From: Nemertoderma westbladi
Lineage: Eukaryota; Animalia; Xenacoelomorpha
Direction: 5' to 3'
NCBI GenBank assembly: GCA_032718475.1
Contig: JAUCBJ010000029.1
Location: forward strand, 1 to 50,427
DNA length: 50,427 nt
Numbering within the stretch: position 1 is the stretch's first letter; each line of letters begins with the position of its first letter. The notes beneath the pieces were generated by a model. That model saw only the letters and a list, made by a program, of their open reading frames with translations, was not told the DNA's origin and searched no databases. Shown one piece after another: positions 1 to 12,653 of this stretch. The position numbers and the translations under genes are program-made.

Positions 1-338
1 TTCTATTGAGCAGTTACCAAGCAACTTGTTATAATATAAAGCAAACAAATAGCTCAATTATCAAAAAAGAGCAATTATTGGGTATTGCAAAAATAGGTCA
101 TATGTTTGCATGAAATTTAATGTGTTCCGCAACATATTTTTTTATAGACTTTTTTTTGGGCAATAACAAGATAATATAGAACCTAAAAAATTTGGTTTTG
201 GTTGATTGCGAATTTCTTATGGTTTTTTTGCTAGATTGACTCGACTATAAACGGTTTAGTTTATTTAACATAGCCTACACAATACACAGCTGATACTGTT
301 ATTACTACTAGGAGCGGCATGCTGCATTGCAGTTGCAT

Positions 339-970
339 TATATATATATATATATATATTACAGTAGATATATATTATGAATGCTGTGCCGGCTTGTCGA
401 CAAAATTGCGGCGCCACTACTCCCTATCATCCATGACATTTGCTAGATCATCCGCATCTTCAAGGCCAGTGTCCTTTAAGATGCGTCTCAAGATATTCAT
501 GGGCTGTCCAGTCCACCATGCTTATTTTGCCATGGGGCTGCTAAAGCATAAGATTCTGCACTGCATGGTCATTACGGCGAAAACAATGTCCTGCAAAGCG
601 GAAGCGGATTTGTTATAGTATTACGCTTGGGGTACCAATGAGACACCTCGAATATTATATAGTGTCTGGTTGGAGAGGTCTGCATTGTACTTGACACAGT
701 GAACCCGACGTAGCATTCATGTGCCATCCAGAGATTTGGTGTCCTCTGCAGTAGAGCCCAGCATGGACTCCCATAGAGGAGTACTGGAACTACTGCTGCT
801 TTAAATAATCGGACCTTAAGTTTCCGATTAATTCTCGTTGACTTCCAAATCCTGGAAAGCCTATTCAAGGCTGCCCATGCCTTTCCCTTACGTACTCGAA
901 GGAAGGTCCTCACCTGACTTCCGGGTCCATGATCCCAGGTAACAGAAGTCGTCCATATATGCTCAAGCAT
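339..970 (-). mobile_element. Decayed 3' fragment of an RTE-like non-LTR retrotransposon (ORF2 C-terminus) ending near a (TA)n tract
   Basis: Minus-strand translation gives RKGKAWAALNRLSRIWKS..RKLKVRLFKAAVVPVLLYGS.W, then in other frames FRFAGHCFR and ILKDTGLEDADDLANVMDDRE*WR. This is the typical post-RT tail of RTE-clade LINEs, with several stops and frameshifts. (TA)n lies at about 339-359. Confidence 0.75.
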
Positions 971-1842
971 ACCATCCTTTGAGCTTACTCAACCGATCAG
1001 AGATTGCCCGAGGACTTTCAAAGTTAACTGTAAAAATCTTGGTCTTCTTATCTATTATAGGAACAGGTCGACACGATTAACAAATAATATGAGTGACAAG
1101 ATAATAATAATATAATAAGGGAAATAGTATCCCACATCTTCAACCCAGTAAGCCTGCCATCCACAACCTGTTACTATTTACTTATGTACATTTAACAAAG
1201 TCATTAGATAGTAAGCCTAATGTGATTTTAATAAACCACAAAAATTTGAATTTCTCTCTTCCCTAACACGAAACTCGTGATAGTAAGGCGAAGTTCGTGT
1301 TAGTAGGCCGTGATAGTATGTCCCCTATGGGCCCGTAGATAATATATACCGGTAACATAACTTCGTATAGCAACATCTTAATTATAGTTAATTACAGTAA
1401 TCATTTTAATTGTAATCAATTATTATTACATATTTATAGTTTTATTCGTACATTTTGCAAAACAAAAGTATAAATTAATTAATAATTGTCTAATTATTCT
1501 GGATATAGTAAGAGACGTGGAGATGGGATTTGCGTGTATCTGAAAGTTTTACAGTAAGATTTCTATTAAGTCTATTACATTGGCCTATGCGGGGGGAGGG
1601 GTGGGTGGGGAAACTAGGTCCTTCATTTATTTATTTTGTCAAGGTTTCAGTTCTCATCATGCAGTTTAAAACCCAAGGAAACCAATCAGTTTAAGTAAAT
1701 AGTTACTCAAAGTTACTGTATTCTTCTATAAATATTATATAACAAAGTAAAAACTACATCTAAAATATAAAATGAATTTCAAACTTAGAGTGACGATAAA
1801 ATTGGTTATCGTCATTAAATTAGCATTTCACATTGATGACTA

Positions 1843-2219
1843 CTCTGGGAGTCCCGATTAGACGGGGCGACACGTTTATTAATTTTTGAAAAAAATCCAC
1901 CCACAATTCTCTTATTCCAGACACCCCAACTAATAATTTTTTCTAAAAAATTTAGTAAATTTTTTATTATGAGTAAATAAATAAACGTTTATTCTCATAA
2001 TAATTGAGAGTTGAAAGTGAAAGAAAACAAAACCGTGTACCGAGTATACCACCGGTAGCCGTAGGTACTACTGTACCTGTACGCCTATACTGTATGTTAA
2101 GTAAGTACAGTAGGCCCAAGTTTTCAAAATTTTCCACCCACCACGTTTATTCCAGCCACCCCGACTATTAGCATAAAATGAAATTTTTCCAACAACCCTG
2201 TCTATTCGGGACTCCGGAG
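1843..2219. mobile_element. MITE, Tc1/mariner-pogo type
   Basis: Imperfect TIRs CTCTGGGAGTCCCGATTAGACGGGG / CCCTGTCTATTCGGGACTCCGGAG, with TA on both sides (1841-1842, 2220-2221). No coding capacity. Confidence 0.75.
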
Positions 2220-2296
2220 TACGGTACATAAAATTAACTGCAATGATGAAAAAGATCAGTTTTTTATTTAACGTAATTTAAACAAGTTTTATCTCT

Positions 2297-3501
2297 TTAC
2301 TTCCGTCCACTAGCTTTGTGGCATTCTTCTTTCCATATTTCTTTAAATTTATTAAATTGACTCCATAAAAATGCAACTGACGGTAATAACATAAACACCA
2401 ATAAAAGTTTATTAATGATAGGCAGAGTAAAAAATAGCGGACTCGTTCGTATTGCGAATCTGACCACCGAACCGAGGACATTACTGGTGATCCAATAAAT
2501 ACACAGAGCTGCAGGGCAAACCGCCATATAAATTAATAGAACTACTGGCATCGCGCGCAAACAGTATTTCAACTGCCAGGGTAGTTGGGGTTGTTTGTCT
2601 AACGTAAGTGATTTAATCCCCATCTCTATGGATACGCTAAGGGCCGCAACGGTAGCCAGGGGCAACGCATATAACGGATCCGCAATGCAAAGATTAGGGA
2701 ACCAGGCGACACCCCCGGTGGTCATAGATGGTACTGGGTGACAACACATTCCTCGGAGAGCCATAAAAGTGAACACAAAGCAAGATCCTTGCACCCCTAG
2801 ATGCGACAACTCGGCGAGTTTCATTCCATATTTATGCGGCACCTTTGTAATTTCATTTTGAATTCTATGAAATTCCCAAATACTTGAAGTATCCCGAGCT
2901 GTCAGCAGACTTTTAGTTAGTCTAAACATCTCCGGACCTGCAGTGCTTACGACATTTAGGTTGCGGGGTTGATGGACACTCGATAACATCAGAACAAAAC
3001 GAACACAAGTTGCATAAACTATAATTGATCCCCACCAGGGGAGACCAGTAGTGTGATGAATCCATTCAATGAAGGACTGGATGGCATCAGATGGTGAGTC
3101 ACCCCCGAGGCCAAATGAACTAAGGCTGTCTGTTGCTACATTGGCATTGTCATCGACATCTGTAGTACATTCGGTATTGTACTCCACCACGGTGAACTTT
3201 CCAAAGGCCCAACACCTTTACTGATTACAGATAAGTCTTCTGAGCTTCGGTAACGGCCGTTGTTAACAAGTATTCGATAGTTATTTGTCCTCAAGTTAAC
3301 AACATTAGACGATTGGGGTGCGACATTTATGTGGGATGATGAGGCAAGGGAATCATTGTGTCGTTGGAGCATTGAGAATGAGCGTCTAGTTCCAATCGAA
3401 ACATTAGCGGAAGTAGCATCAAACACATGTTTATGGTTGCGAGTTTGAATAGCAGGTCGCATCATTCGACACAACCAATGCATTGTACGCGTACGATACA
3501 T
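2297..3501 (-). CDS. OXA1L: Mitochondrial inner-membrane insertase Oxa1 (YidC/Oxa1 family), interrupted by one frameshift around 3136-3217
   Basis: ORF 2297-3190 has Oxa1 motifs GLGG.SP..AIQSFIEWIH..TGLPWWGSI, FMALRGM..HPVPSMTTGGVAWFPNL.IADP.Y.LP and YWITSN. The overlapping upstream ORF (ATG at 3501) gives an Arg/Ser-rich presequence-like N-terminus. An acceptor-like TTTTCATCTTTCAG lies just upstream on the minus strand. Confidence 0.8.
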
Positions 3502-3741
3502 TTGGTCTGTATATTCTAGAGAAGCCAATCTCTGAAAGATGAAAACCCATTAATAGTAGTACCACACTAATAACAATAATACTTAATACCTAATAATAAT
3601 AATACAGTAATAATCCCACAATATACTGACTGATACACTACTAACCGGTACTACCGGCTGACCGGTAGGCGTAGGCATATTATTATGCTTTAAATCAGTC
3701 AATTAAATTTAAGTTGTACATGTACATATGACACGTTCGTG

Positions 3742-3871
3742 GGGCCTTCGCGCAGCACGAGGCCCAGTTATGAGATACAAATTAAAATTGTGCGACTGTA
3801 TCACAAGGGCCTTCGCGCAGCACGAGGCCCAGTTATGAGATACAAATTAAAATTGTGCGACTGTATCACAA
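3742..3871. repeat. Perfect 65-bp tandem duplication containing a GC-rich hairpin
   Basis: GGGCCTTCGCGCAGCACGAGGCCCAGTTATGAGATACAAATTAAAATTGTGCGACTGTATCACAA starts at both 3742 and 3807. Confidence 0.9.
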
Positions 3872-5427
3872 AATCAGGTTATGAGATATTAACCCACACC
3901 ACCAATTAATCAAAGAAAGGGGGACAGTACGTGTTCACCCCTTTTAATCTGCACACCCCCCCCCCCCCTCCCCCCACCCACCAATACATAACCGCGACAT
4001 CTACCACCCACGGAAGGGTAGCACGAACTTATTTCCAATCGCACGTTAAATATGCAAAGCCAGGTGGTTTATAGGAATATAATAAACGCAGTACTCGTTT
4101 TCATTATAAGCCTCTTTGCGTTCGTCCTGTTTTGTATTTAAATATATTTCTTAAACGCAGGCTAGGACGATCTTTATAATAATAATAACTAGGGATGCGA
4201 TCAATATGTGAAGCCAGGTGGTTTATATAACAATTTAGTCAACGCAGTACTCGTCTTCATTATATGCCTCGTTGCGCTCGTCGCTTGTCCTGTTTTGTCA
4301 TAAAATATTTTTCCTAAACGCAGACTGACGATCTTTATACAGTTATAACTATGCGAAGTTTCGAAACTGTGCGAGTAACTGTTGATACATCTATGTGGAG
4401 ATGTGTGATATGTGGAGATGTGTGATACAACGCCAACGCATCTTATGCCGATGTAGTAATATGGGTATTGAAATAATATTAAATCAATGTACACTCTTAA
4501 AGCTGCAGCGAAAAAATGTAGCTAATTTCCTAGGTTACATATAAAATAATAATATTATTTTTAAGAACATTAATTTTACTACTTTGCAAAAATTCAATTA
4601 AAAAATAACCAGACATATACATTGTGGAATAAACTATTTCAGAAGCCTACACAACAGCCATGCCATGGATTGTATTTATGTTATTATATCTGTCATTTAC
4701 CTGAGATAGCAATACAACACTTATAGTAGAGTCAATACAGGAAGGATGTTGGGATGTTGGATTTCAAGAATGATGTCTGGGCTGGAATAGCAATACTGGT
4801 TGCCTATTACAGTACAATTCCTCTCTGGTTAGTCTACAGCCACAACTCCAAGCCAGCTAGCTCCACACCAGCAGAGACTTGACCAATAATCATTCCCAGC
4901 AAATAGCTGCCTTACACACACATCCTTCCATCGTACCAGCATGTTAGCCAATAAATGAGCAGTATTTAATGAGAATCAATTTTTTATGACGTTTTAATTA
5001 CTTTAGATCAATTAAAGACACAATTAATAAAGCAAATCACTTGAACTAATTAAAAACTATAATAGAATGGCGTATGTGGATTACATCTGTATAATTTTTA
5101 AGTATAATTATTTAAATCTTATACTGTAAAACAATTAATTTCCTTTAAAAGGCAGGTTGAAAATGGTGTTTTTACCGTAATCAACTTAATTAACTAATTA
5201 ACTGCTATTATCTTAGCTTCTCGAAGGCCACACGGAAATTCTACTTGGAAAATTTCTAAACTTTTGCCAAACAACATGTGTACCAAGTTTGGATAGATTT
5301 CATCAAAGATTGGCTGAGTTATTAACGTTTAAAATTGGACGCGACAGAACGACAGAACGACAGAACGACAGGTTGATTAATGGTACCACTACGCTAAGGC
5401 TCACTCACTTCGTGGCTCGCCCCACAT
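3742..5427 (+). mobile_element. Probable non-autonomous Helentron-associated (HINE/DINE-like) element; boundaries approximate
   Basis: It has a 5' hairpin, an internal ~155-bp tandem pair (about 4049-4340) and a GACAGAAC microsatellite near 5343. Its 3' end, TAAGGCTCACTCACTTCGTGGCTCGCCCCACAT, recurs in variant form near 16867-16897 and 48131-48165. Confidence 0.4.
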
Positions 5428-6232
5428 GAGAGTAAAAACCCAAGCGATCATTTTGTGAACATCCAATGATATTGCCTGTTTTATAAATGCTTTAAGTTGT
5501 TATGGGATGTTCTGTTTGATTGGTTGTTGTGTGATTTACTTGCTAATCTTGGCCAGTATTAAATGCACTAAATCAACAAGCGATCAATGTAACTTAGTAG
5601 TTTACATTTAAATATTAGCAGTATGCCGGTAGCTCTACATGTACTCTCAGACTCTAACACACTTACCAATGACGCTATGAGTGATTGTTTGCAGTGACTG
5701 ACGTAATAATGAAAGAATGCAGGAATGTACTTAAGATTATAATACAATTGATGGACTCTTCCTCTAGGTTCTAGGATAGAGCTGTAGAGGCCAGGCCTCT
5801 TTACAGCTTTAATCTTTGTAAAATACTGTCATATCGTACAATACACAGCAGATGAGCAGTAACTGGACATTTAATGTAGGTAAATAATATGTAATACAGA
5901 TATAATATAAATAATACTTTCCCTCACTTAATAATTATCATTGCTAATTCGCCGGGATGTGCTTTTAATTTACCAAGATAGGTTTTCGAAAATCCCCCCC
6001 CCCCCCCCCCCCCCCATCATGCCTCCTGTGAAACATATTGACTCCTACTGTATATCTGTACACATTGATCAGTGCTTGTTGATTTAGTGTATTTAATACT
6101 GGCCAAGATTAGCAAGTAAATCACATAACAACCAATCAAACAGAACATCCCATAACAACTTAAAGCATTTATAAAACAGGCAATATCATTGGATGTTCAC
6201 AAAATGATCGCTTGGGTTTTTACTCTCATGTG
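5423..6232. mobile_element. MITE with ~165-bp terminal inverted repeats
   Basis: 5423-5590 (CACATGAGAGTAAAAACCCAAGCG...) is a near-perfect reverse complement of 6062-6232 (...CGCTTGGGTTTTTACTCTCATGTG). TA follows the right end; the left flank is fused to another element. Confidence 0.8.
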
Positions 6233-9200
6233 TACATATGAAATATCATAGGCCTAAACAGTAAACACGACCAGACGACACTGCGGTATTTGGCTTTGAG
6301 TGTACTGTAGTCGACTGTAGTACGGTACCGGTGGCGGTCGGTACGCAAATTCATCCTTCATGTACAAGTGGAGTACAGTTAATTCCACTACCGGCATCAG
6401 ACTACGGAGCATTACAAGCGTTTACATCACTACAGCACTACACTGCTACACTACAATACAAGCACAAGGCTGCAAGGACTAATTCAGTAATTAATTTTAC
6501 AGGAAGCTTGTATTTTAGAAGTCCGTGATATTTGGTCAATTTTCTGTACCTGCATTGTGGTGTATTTCTGTATTTAGGATTTTAGGGCACCAGTCAGCCA
6601 GTGCAGCTGCTGTACAGCAGTATTCTACAGTAGGGCTATGCAGTAAAGAACAGACTTGCAGACTGACATACAGACATGACAGAATGTGGCGTGGCACCTA
6701 AATAACTGATTTTCAATTTGCCTCCAAATCAAAAATCTCCATTAAATTTACAGTTACTAACAACAAACTGTAGTAGCACATATGAGGCGTTAGCGCCGTT
6801 AGGACATTCTAATTCCAAGCCCTCTCACTCTTGATTGGCAGATTGGACGATTAAATATTTTAATATTCTACCAATAAGAAAGTGCTTGAATTAGTTTAGA
6901 GACTGCTAATTGCAAGTATTCGTCAATGTAGTGCAATGTCTGTCAATTATTTGTAAACCTCCCGCCAACGTGAATAACTCCTAAAACTTGAAATTAGCAG
7001 TCTCTTAACTGCATAATTATTATAAACACCTAATTAAGGCGCTATAGTGTTTATTAGTGGGTTTAAAAAAATAATTTGATTTAAAACAATAAAGGGAAGG
7101 AACAGGTTACAGTGGCGGTGTTTGCTCACCAAAACATGAAACGTACAGTAACTTTGTGCTGGGGATCACCTTTATCCCTCGCGGCCAATTTGCGCCAATA
7201 TCTAGTGACAGCATACCAAAGGTATGGAGAGATGCCCTATGCGGTAAATGGTAAACGTGGGCAAAACCCACTGGCACTGATACATTTGAACATGGTCCAT
7301 TGGTAGTGATGTGGTTGAGTTTCATGCATTATTTTATTCCAAAATACACACACGTTTTCTATTTAGCTGCAAGGCCAGAGGGCTCCTTACTCCACGAAGC
7401 GGGATGTAGCTTCTTGCAGCTGATTCGACAGTTTAGCGGATTCATATTGGAGATATTAGCAAATAATGACAGTACAAATGATTTGCAGAAAAAGGTGACG
7501 GCAAGCCGGTAGTCTGTCGAGTTTGCTAGATTGGAAACATAATTGTATTCAACGTTCCACTTAATGAATGTTATTAAATGAGGTGTCTAACACACGCAAG
7601 ACTCTCCGCTTAAGGGGGGAGTACACCCCAACCCCCCCCCCCCCCCCCCCCTCTTCCCCCACTGACGGGAAGGTTTAAAATTTGAAGGCAATTATCTTGG
7701 AATGACATTTTTAATTTTCAAATTACTACTCTTTCGCCATTTTTTAACCAATTTTCTTTATTTTTGGCTCCTTTTAAAAGGACTTTTGAAAGGACTTTAA
7801 AAGTTATTGGTTGGAATTTTTCTATTTCTGTTTATGTTTACTTTTGTTTTTTTTTCGATTAAAGCCAAAAATTTGTTAAAGTTTTGCAAAATATTAATAA
7901 ATATTAATTAATTTTCATAAAAAGGCTAAACTAAAAATTTTAACCGATAACTTTTGTGGAGCTCACCTCTGTAATTAGAAAAAAATTGGATAGTACTAAC
8001 TGTACTCGAATCTGGACCGAACTGAACCGATCTGGGTCGAAAGTGTGGAGAACTGGACCGAACTGGACCTCCAAATGAATGATAATCTAAAAACAACCAT
8101 CCACGCAGTGACGCAGACAGGTGAAAATTAATATTGAATTTTATTTCAGTGATTTGGTCTTTTCATTTCATACATTATAAATTTAGTTGCGTATAAGATG
8201 TCGGTAAATTAAGATTACTTGCTTTACATAAAACATTTCTGTACTGCTTTTGCCAGTAGGCCTACCGGTAGCAGGTATCCAGGAATCTGGGTTTATAGAT
8301 TGCAGTATTTTGCGTACCGGTGGTTGTGTTCAATGCAGCAATGCTGCAAATGATAGCAGTAATGTTTGATTACATTTTCTACACTGGGAACACGGCAGTC
8401 GGTTGGATCGACGATCGTACAGTCGTAATGCGGGCCGCTGCCGAGTTTCTTACTCCGGTCGTCACAGAGTGCGGCGGGAAGAGTCAGACAATGTCTGACT
8501 ATGTCAGTATATTGACAATGACATTGTTCTTATTCTCACTTCTGCACTTTGTACGAACTTTAAAAGCTTTGAAAGCACGAGCTTTGAGAGCCCTGTCGCT
8601 CAACGCTAGGCACCAGGGCACTCAAATCGCTCCTGTCCCTGTCGCACCGCACCAGTTCACAATATTCTGCAAATCATTGCACCTGAGAGACGCCAGATTC
8701 ACCTAACTGGTGTATGTATTGTAGTCGGGGTCAGACTTACGTCAACGAGGAATGTAAATCCATTCTAAAATATGTTTTTTTATTGTAAATTTTCAGATTA
8801 TAGCTCGTTCTGTCGTTATAGGCGGTTATAGCTTATTGTTATAGGAATAAGTTATAGCCCGTTATAGATCGTAATAGCCCGTTATAGTTCGTTCTACCTT
8901 TTAGTACGTACCCAGCCCCCAGGTTGGAATTCTTGCATGAGCGCGCTGGTACGCTTTGTTGTTTCGAGATCACCGCGCACCTGAAATTGGCTCGTCGCGC
9001 ACCTCATCATCATAATCCATACAAAATCGCGCAGCTCATGTCAGCATGTCATGCATATCTCAAAAAAACGCGCTGCTTATAAGAACAATTTTACATTCTT
9101 ATTTTCCAAGTTTGAGCGTTTCAAAGCTTACTGGACTCTACATAAACTCTGAAACTGAAACTCTACATAATAAATGTAAATGCAACATCAAAATTGTTAA

Positions 9201-11389
9201 TATTAAAAAATATATATTTGAAAAAGGCTCTTTTTCTTACTAATATTTTTAAAATTGAGTAAATTAATCTGACATTTTTTTTCACAAATTTCCAGAAAAT
9301 TAGTTAAAAAACGTCTTTTTTTTTTAAAAAAAAAAAGGTAAAAAATTAGTTAAAAAACGTCTTTTTTAAACTAATTTTTGACCTTTTTTAACTAATTTTT
9401 TACTTTTTTTTAACTAGGCCTAATCTTTATTTTTTTTAACAAATTTTTACTTTTTTTAACTAGTTTTTTACTTTTTTTTAAGTAATTCTTATTTAAATTT
9501 AATGAATTTTAGGAATTATTTTTTAATGAATTATTTACTACACAATATAATCAAATAAGACATAATTAAATCATCAATCAAATAAACATACTTTCATATA
9601 ATTGAGTAAGTTCCTGGTGCATAATGATTATATTATAATGTAGACCGAGGCTTGTCTTGGCATGTCAAAAATCGTGAAACCGGCGCCTGAAAGGTAACAT
9701 TACTGCAACAGAACTGTCGTTCATTTAATGTGTGTATTACTTTATTATATGTAATAGGCCTATCTAGAGACGGGTTTAAATATTTTTATCTGTTTAGGGA
9801 TCCCACATAAACTGAGGCTGGGGGGGGGGGGGGGGGGGGGTGGTTGGGTAAGGTAGGGAACTTTTATAAATGGTTTGGGCTACCTACAGAATAAGTCAAT
9901 GTTTTCTGAAAAATGTTTACCTCAGATTTTTAACAGAATGATGAAAAATATTGATGTCACTATAGAAATGGAAATTTGAAAAGTATATTTTTAAGAAGCA
10001 CTCTAATTGGTGGGGCGGGGGGGGGGGTGGGTGCGCGCATAACACATGGGCTTTCTATTACATCAGTAGTTTGAAAACAAAACAAATATTTTACAACAAA
10101 TTAAAATGTATAATTTCTGAATTATGTAAAAGAACAAACTGCAAACTGTAGCACGTTGATTGGTAGACTAAAACTAATTAATATCTAAACTAAAACGAAC
10201 TTAAAACTAATCCAGTAGGTAATCCTCGAACTAAGCTAATATCTAACAGTCTAAACCCGAACAAAACTAAAACTAATTAGGCTAGGCCTATAATAACTAA
10301 ACTAAAACGAACATAAAAACTAACCCCGAACTAAATTAAACCCGAACGAAACTAAAAAACTAATTAATAACTAAACTAAAACGTAGGCCTACATACAAAG
10401 CTACAAATATGAGATGTACTGGCATGACATATACAGATATATGTACGCTAGTCGGTAGTCTCATGCTAGTACAGTCAAGTCAGACAGTAGTCCAGTGGGC
10501 CAGTAGAGTATTCAGGTGTATTGTCTGTTTCTACTTTGTAGAATATTGCTAATGATTTAATACAATACTGTACAGCAGTAATAAGTAACATACTGAATAA
10601 TTAGTCATTATTATAAAATCGAAACCGGCACCGATTTCAAAAAAAACCGGGCCGGTACCGGTTCGGCCAAAGCCCAAAAGTCCGGCCACCTACCGTAGCG
10701 GTACTGCAGTACTGGTGCACCAGTCGATTCCTATTAATCAATACACAATAATGAATAATTTTTTTTCATTTTTTGGCATTTCTTAATAGGCCTAGTTAAT
10801 TAGCAGTTTTAGTTAATTAGGTAGGCCTAATTATGTAGGCCTAGAATATTACTGTGCAATCTATGTATCCCTCATCTAGGATCTTGTATTGTTCTATCGT
10901 TATTAGAATTAGGCCTACTGTATTACTACTATATTACTAGTACTACTATTATGTTTTATGTTAATACAGTAATAAACAAATTTAAAATAATTAGATTTAT
11001 TAATAACAGAATCAAGGGCATAGACTGATAGGGGAAGTGGTTTCCTCTAGGAAGCGGTAATTGAACAACAATACAAAAATTTTATAAGTGGTTTTGGTTT
11101 GCCACTGGAACTGGTAAAATGACATTTAGAAAAATTCAAAATGGAGGCCCCCAAACAGGAACGTCCCTAGCAAAAAAAATTCAGAAAGCTGTCTGTATTC
11201 AGGACTGCAGGAGGTAGGCCTACTCCTGTATTTAACCAGTCAGCCAGTCGCCAGTCCCCTAAATAGAACTGTTGCTATCTGTCTGCATAATCGTAATGCA
11301 TGTAATGTAGACTACTGGCAGACTGGTGTCTGTCCCCCCCCCCCCCCCCCCCCCACCCCAGGTATGGGGCGGGGTTCCTCACTCCCTCC

Positions 11390-11782
11390 CATCGCATCAA
11401 AAACGTACGGTACCCTGGTTAAAACTTACCCAAACAAAAACGTACCCGATATATACCGGTACCGGTATACTGGGTACGTTTTAACAATGATGCATTGGCC
11501 ATTGGGATTGGGTACGTTTTGGCAGTTTGGTAGTACAAAAATAAATGAAAGATTAATAAAAAAATAAAGATATACTGTGAACTGTGCTAGTTGATTCATG
11601 TTTATTGTTTTGGTTAGATTAATTCGTCACTGTAACCTGCTCCTTTCCCTTTAAATCTCCGGAACTAATGATAGGGCCTATCGATTGTTTGTAGGAAGTT
11701 TTGTTAGGATGACTACCGTACCGGTACGGGTACATTATTGATCGCGTACGTTTTAACCGAGGTACGTTTTGACCTGTAACTT
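11390..11782. mobile_element. Degenerate foldback-type MITE with AAAACGTACCC / GGGTACGTTTT subterminal repeats
   Basis: Forward units at about 11399-11448 and reverse units at about 11472-11520 and 11715-11772. Same design as the 36313-37317 element; no TSD resolved. Confidence 0.4.
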
Positions 11783-12653
11783 GTCTAATGCAACAAAATA
11801 AGCCCACGTAGAACAGTAGAGTATTGGGCGTTCCTCACTCCCATCCAACCTTTACCTAATGGAACAAAATAAGCCCATGTAGAGTACGGGTATGTCAGTA
11901 TGTGGCGTTCCTCACCCCATATTGACAATCTCATAATTGCCGTATCTAGAGTTACATGCCTGCGGATGGTTAGGGTATATTTTCTCACAACTTTTGCAGT
12001 TTCTTAGTAATTCCATAATAAACTAACAATTTGCTAAAAATATCGAATTGTTCTTTTATTATAAAAGAACATAAAAGTAAAGAAGAATAAAAGAGTTGTG
12101 AAGTGTTGCGAAGTCATAATATTTAGTTTCGCTTATATGCGATATACTGAATAACTGATATATTAGTAGCAGAAATAATTATATACTAAATTGAGATAGA
12201 TGAGTGGGGTTGGGTAGTTTAAATTTTAAGTAAATTAAGGAAAGGGAGCAGAATCGGCCTACAGTTTGGTTTTTGACGTAATCGGTTATTATCTGCTTCG
12301 CTACACCTACAGTATCTTCATTCGAGGATTACATTGGGATTCGGGCAAGAGAACCCCCCACCCCCCCCCCCCCCCCCTGCAACCTGTTACTTTCTCTTAA
12401 TGTTTTAAATTAAATGAATTTTTTTCAAACCCACTAAGGTTTTCAAACCCTAAGCAAAACACATAGTCTGGTGTTTGCGGTCTTTTTGCACCATTTACAT
12501 TTACCTGTGCATGTACAATTGTACATATTACAGAAGGTACTCCTGCACGCCGAATTCTATCTAAAATAGGCTTGGTATATAGTCCTAATCAATCACCTTG
12601 CATAATTGTAATTTCACTTATTGTATTGATAACAATCTATTAAAGATTTGATA

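Noticed and set aside
7610-7990. Kolobok-like left end TTAA-GGGGGGAGTACACCCC
   Set aside because: No matching right end or second TTAA junction found, so it is too weak to call.
8320-8706. 128-aa ORF (similarly 17150-17497 and 42563-42925)
   Set aside because: Non-ATG starts, no recognisable domain, and repeat-derived or intergenic context.
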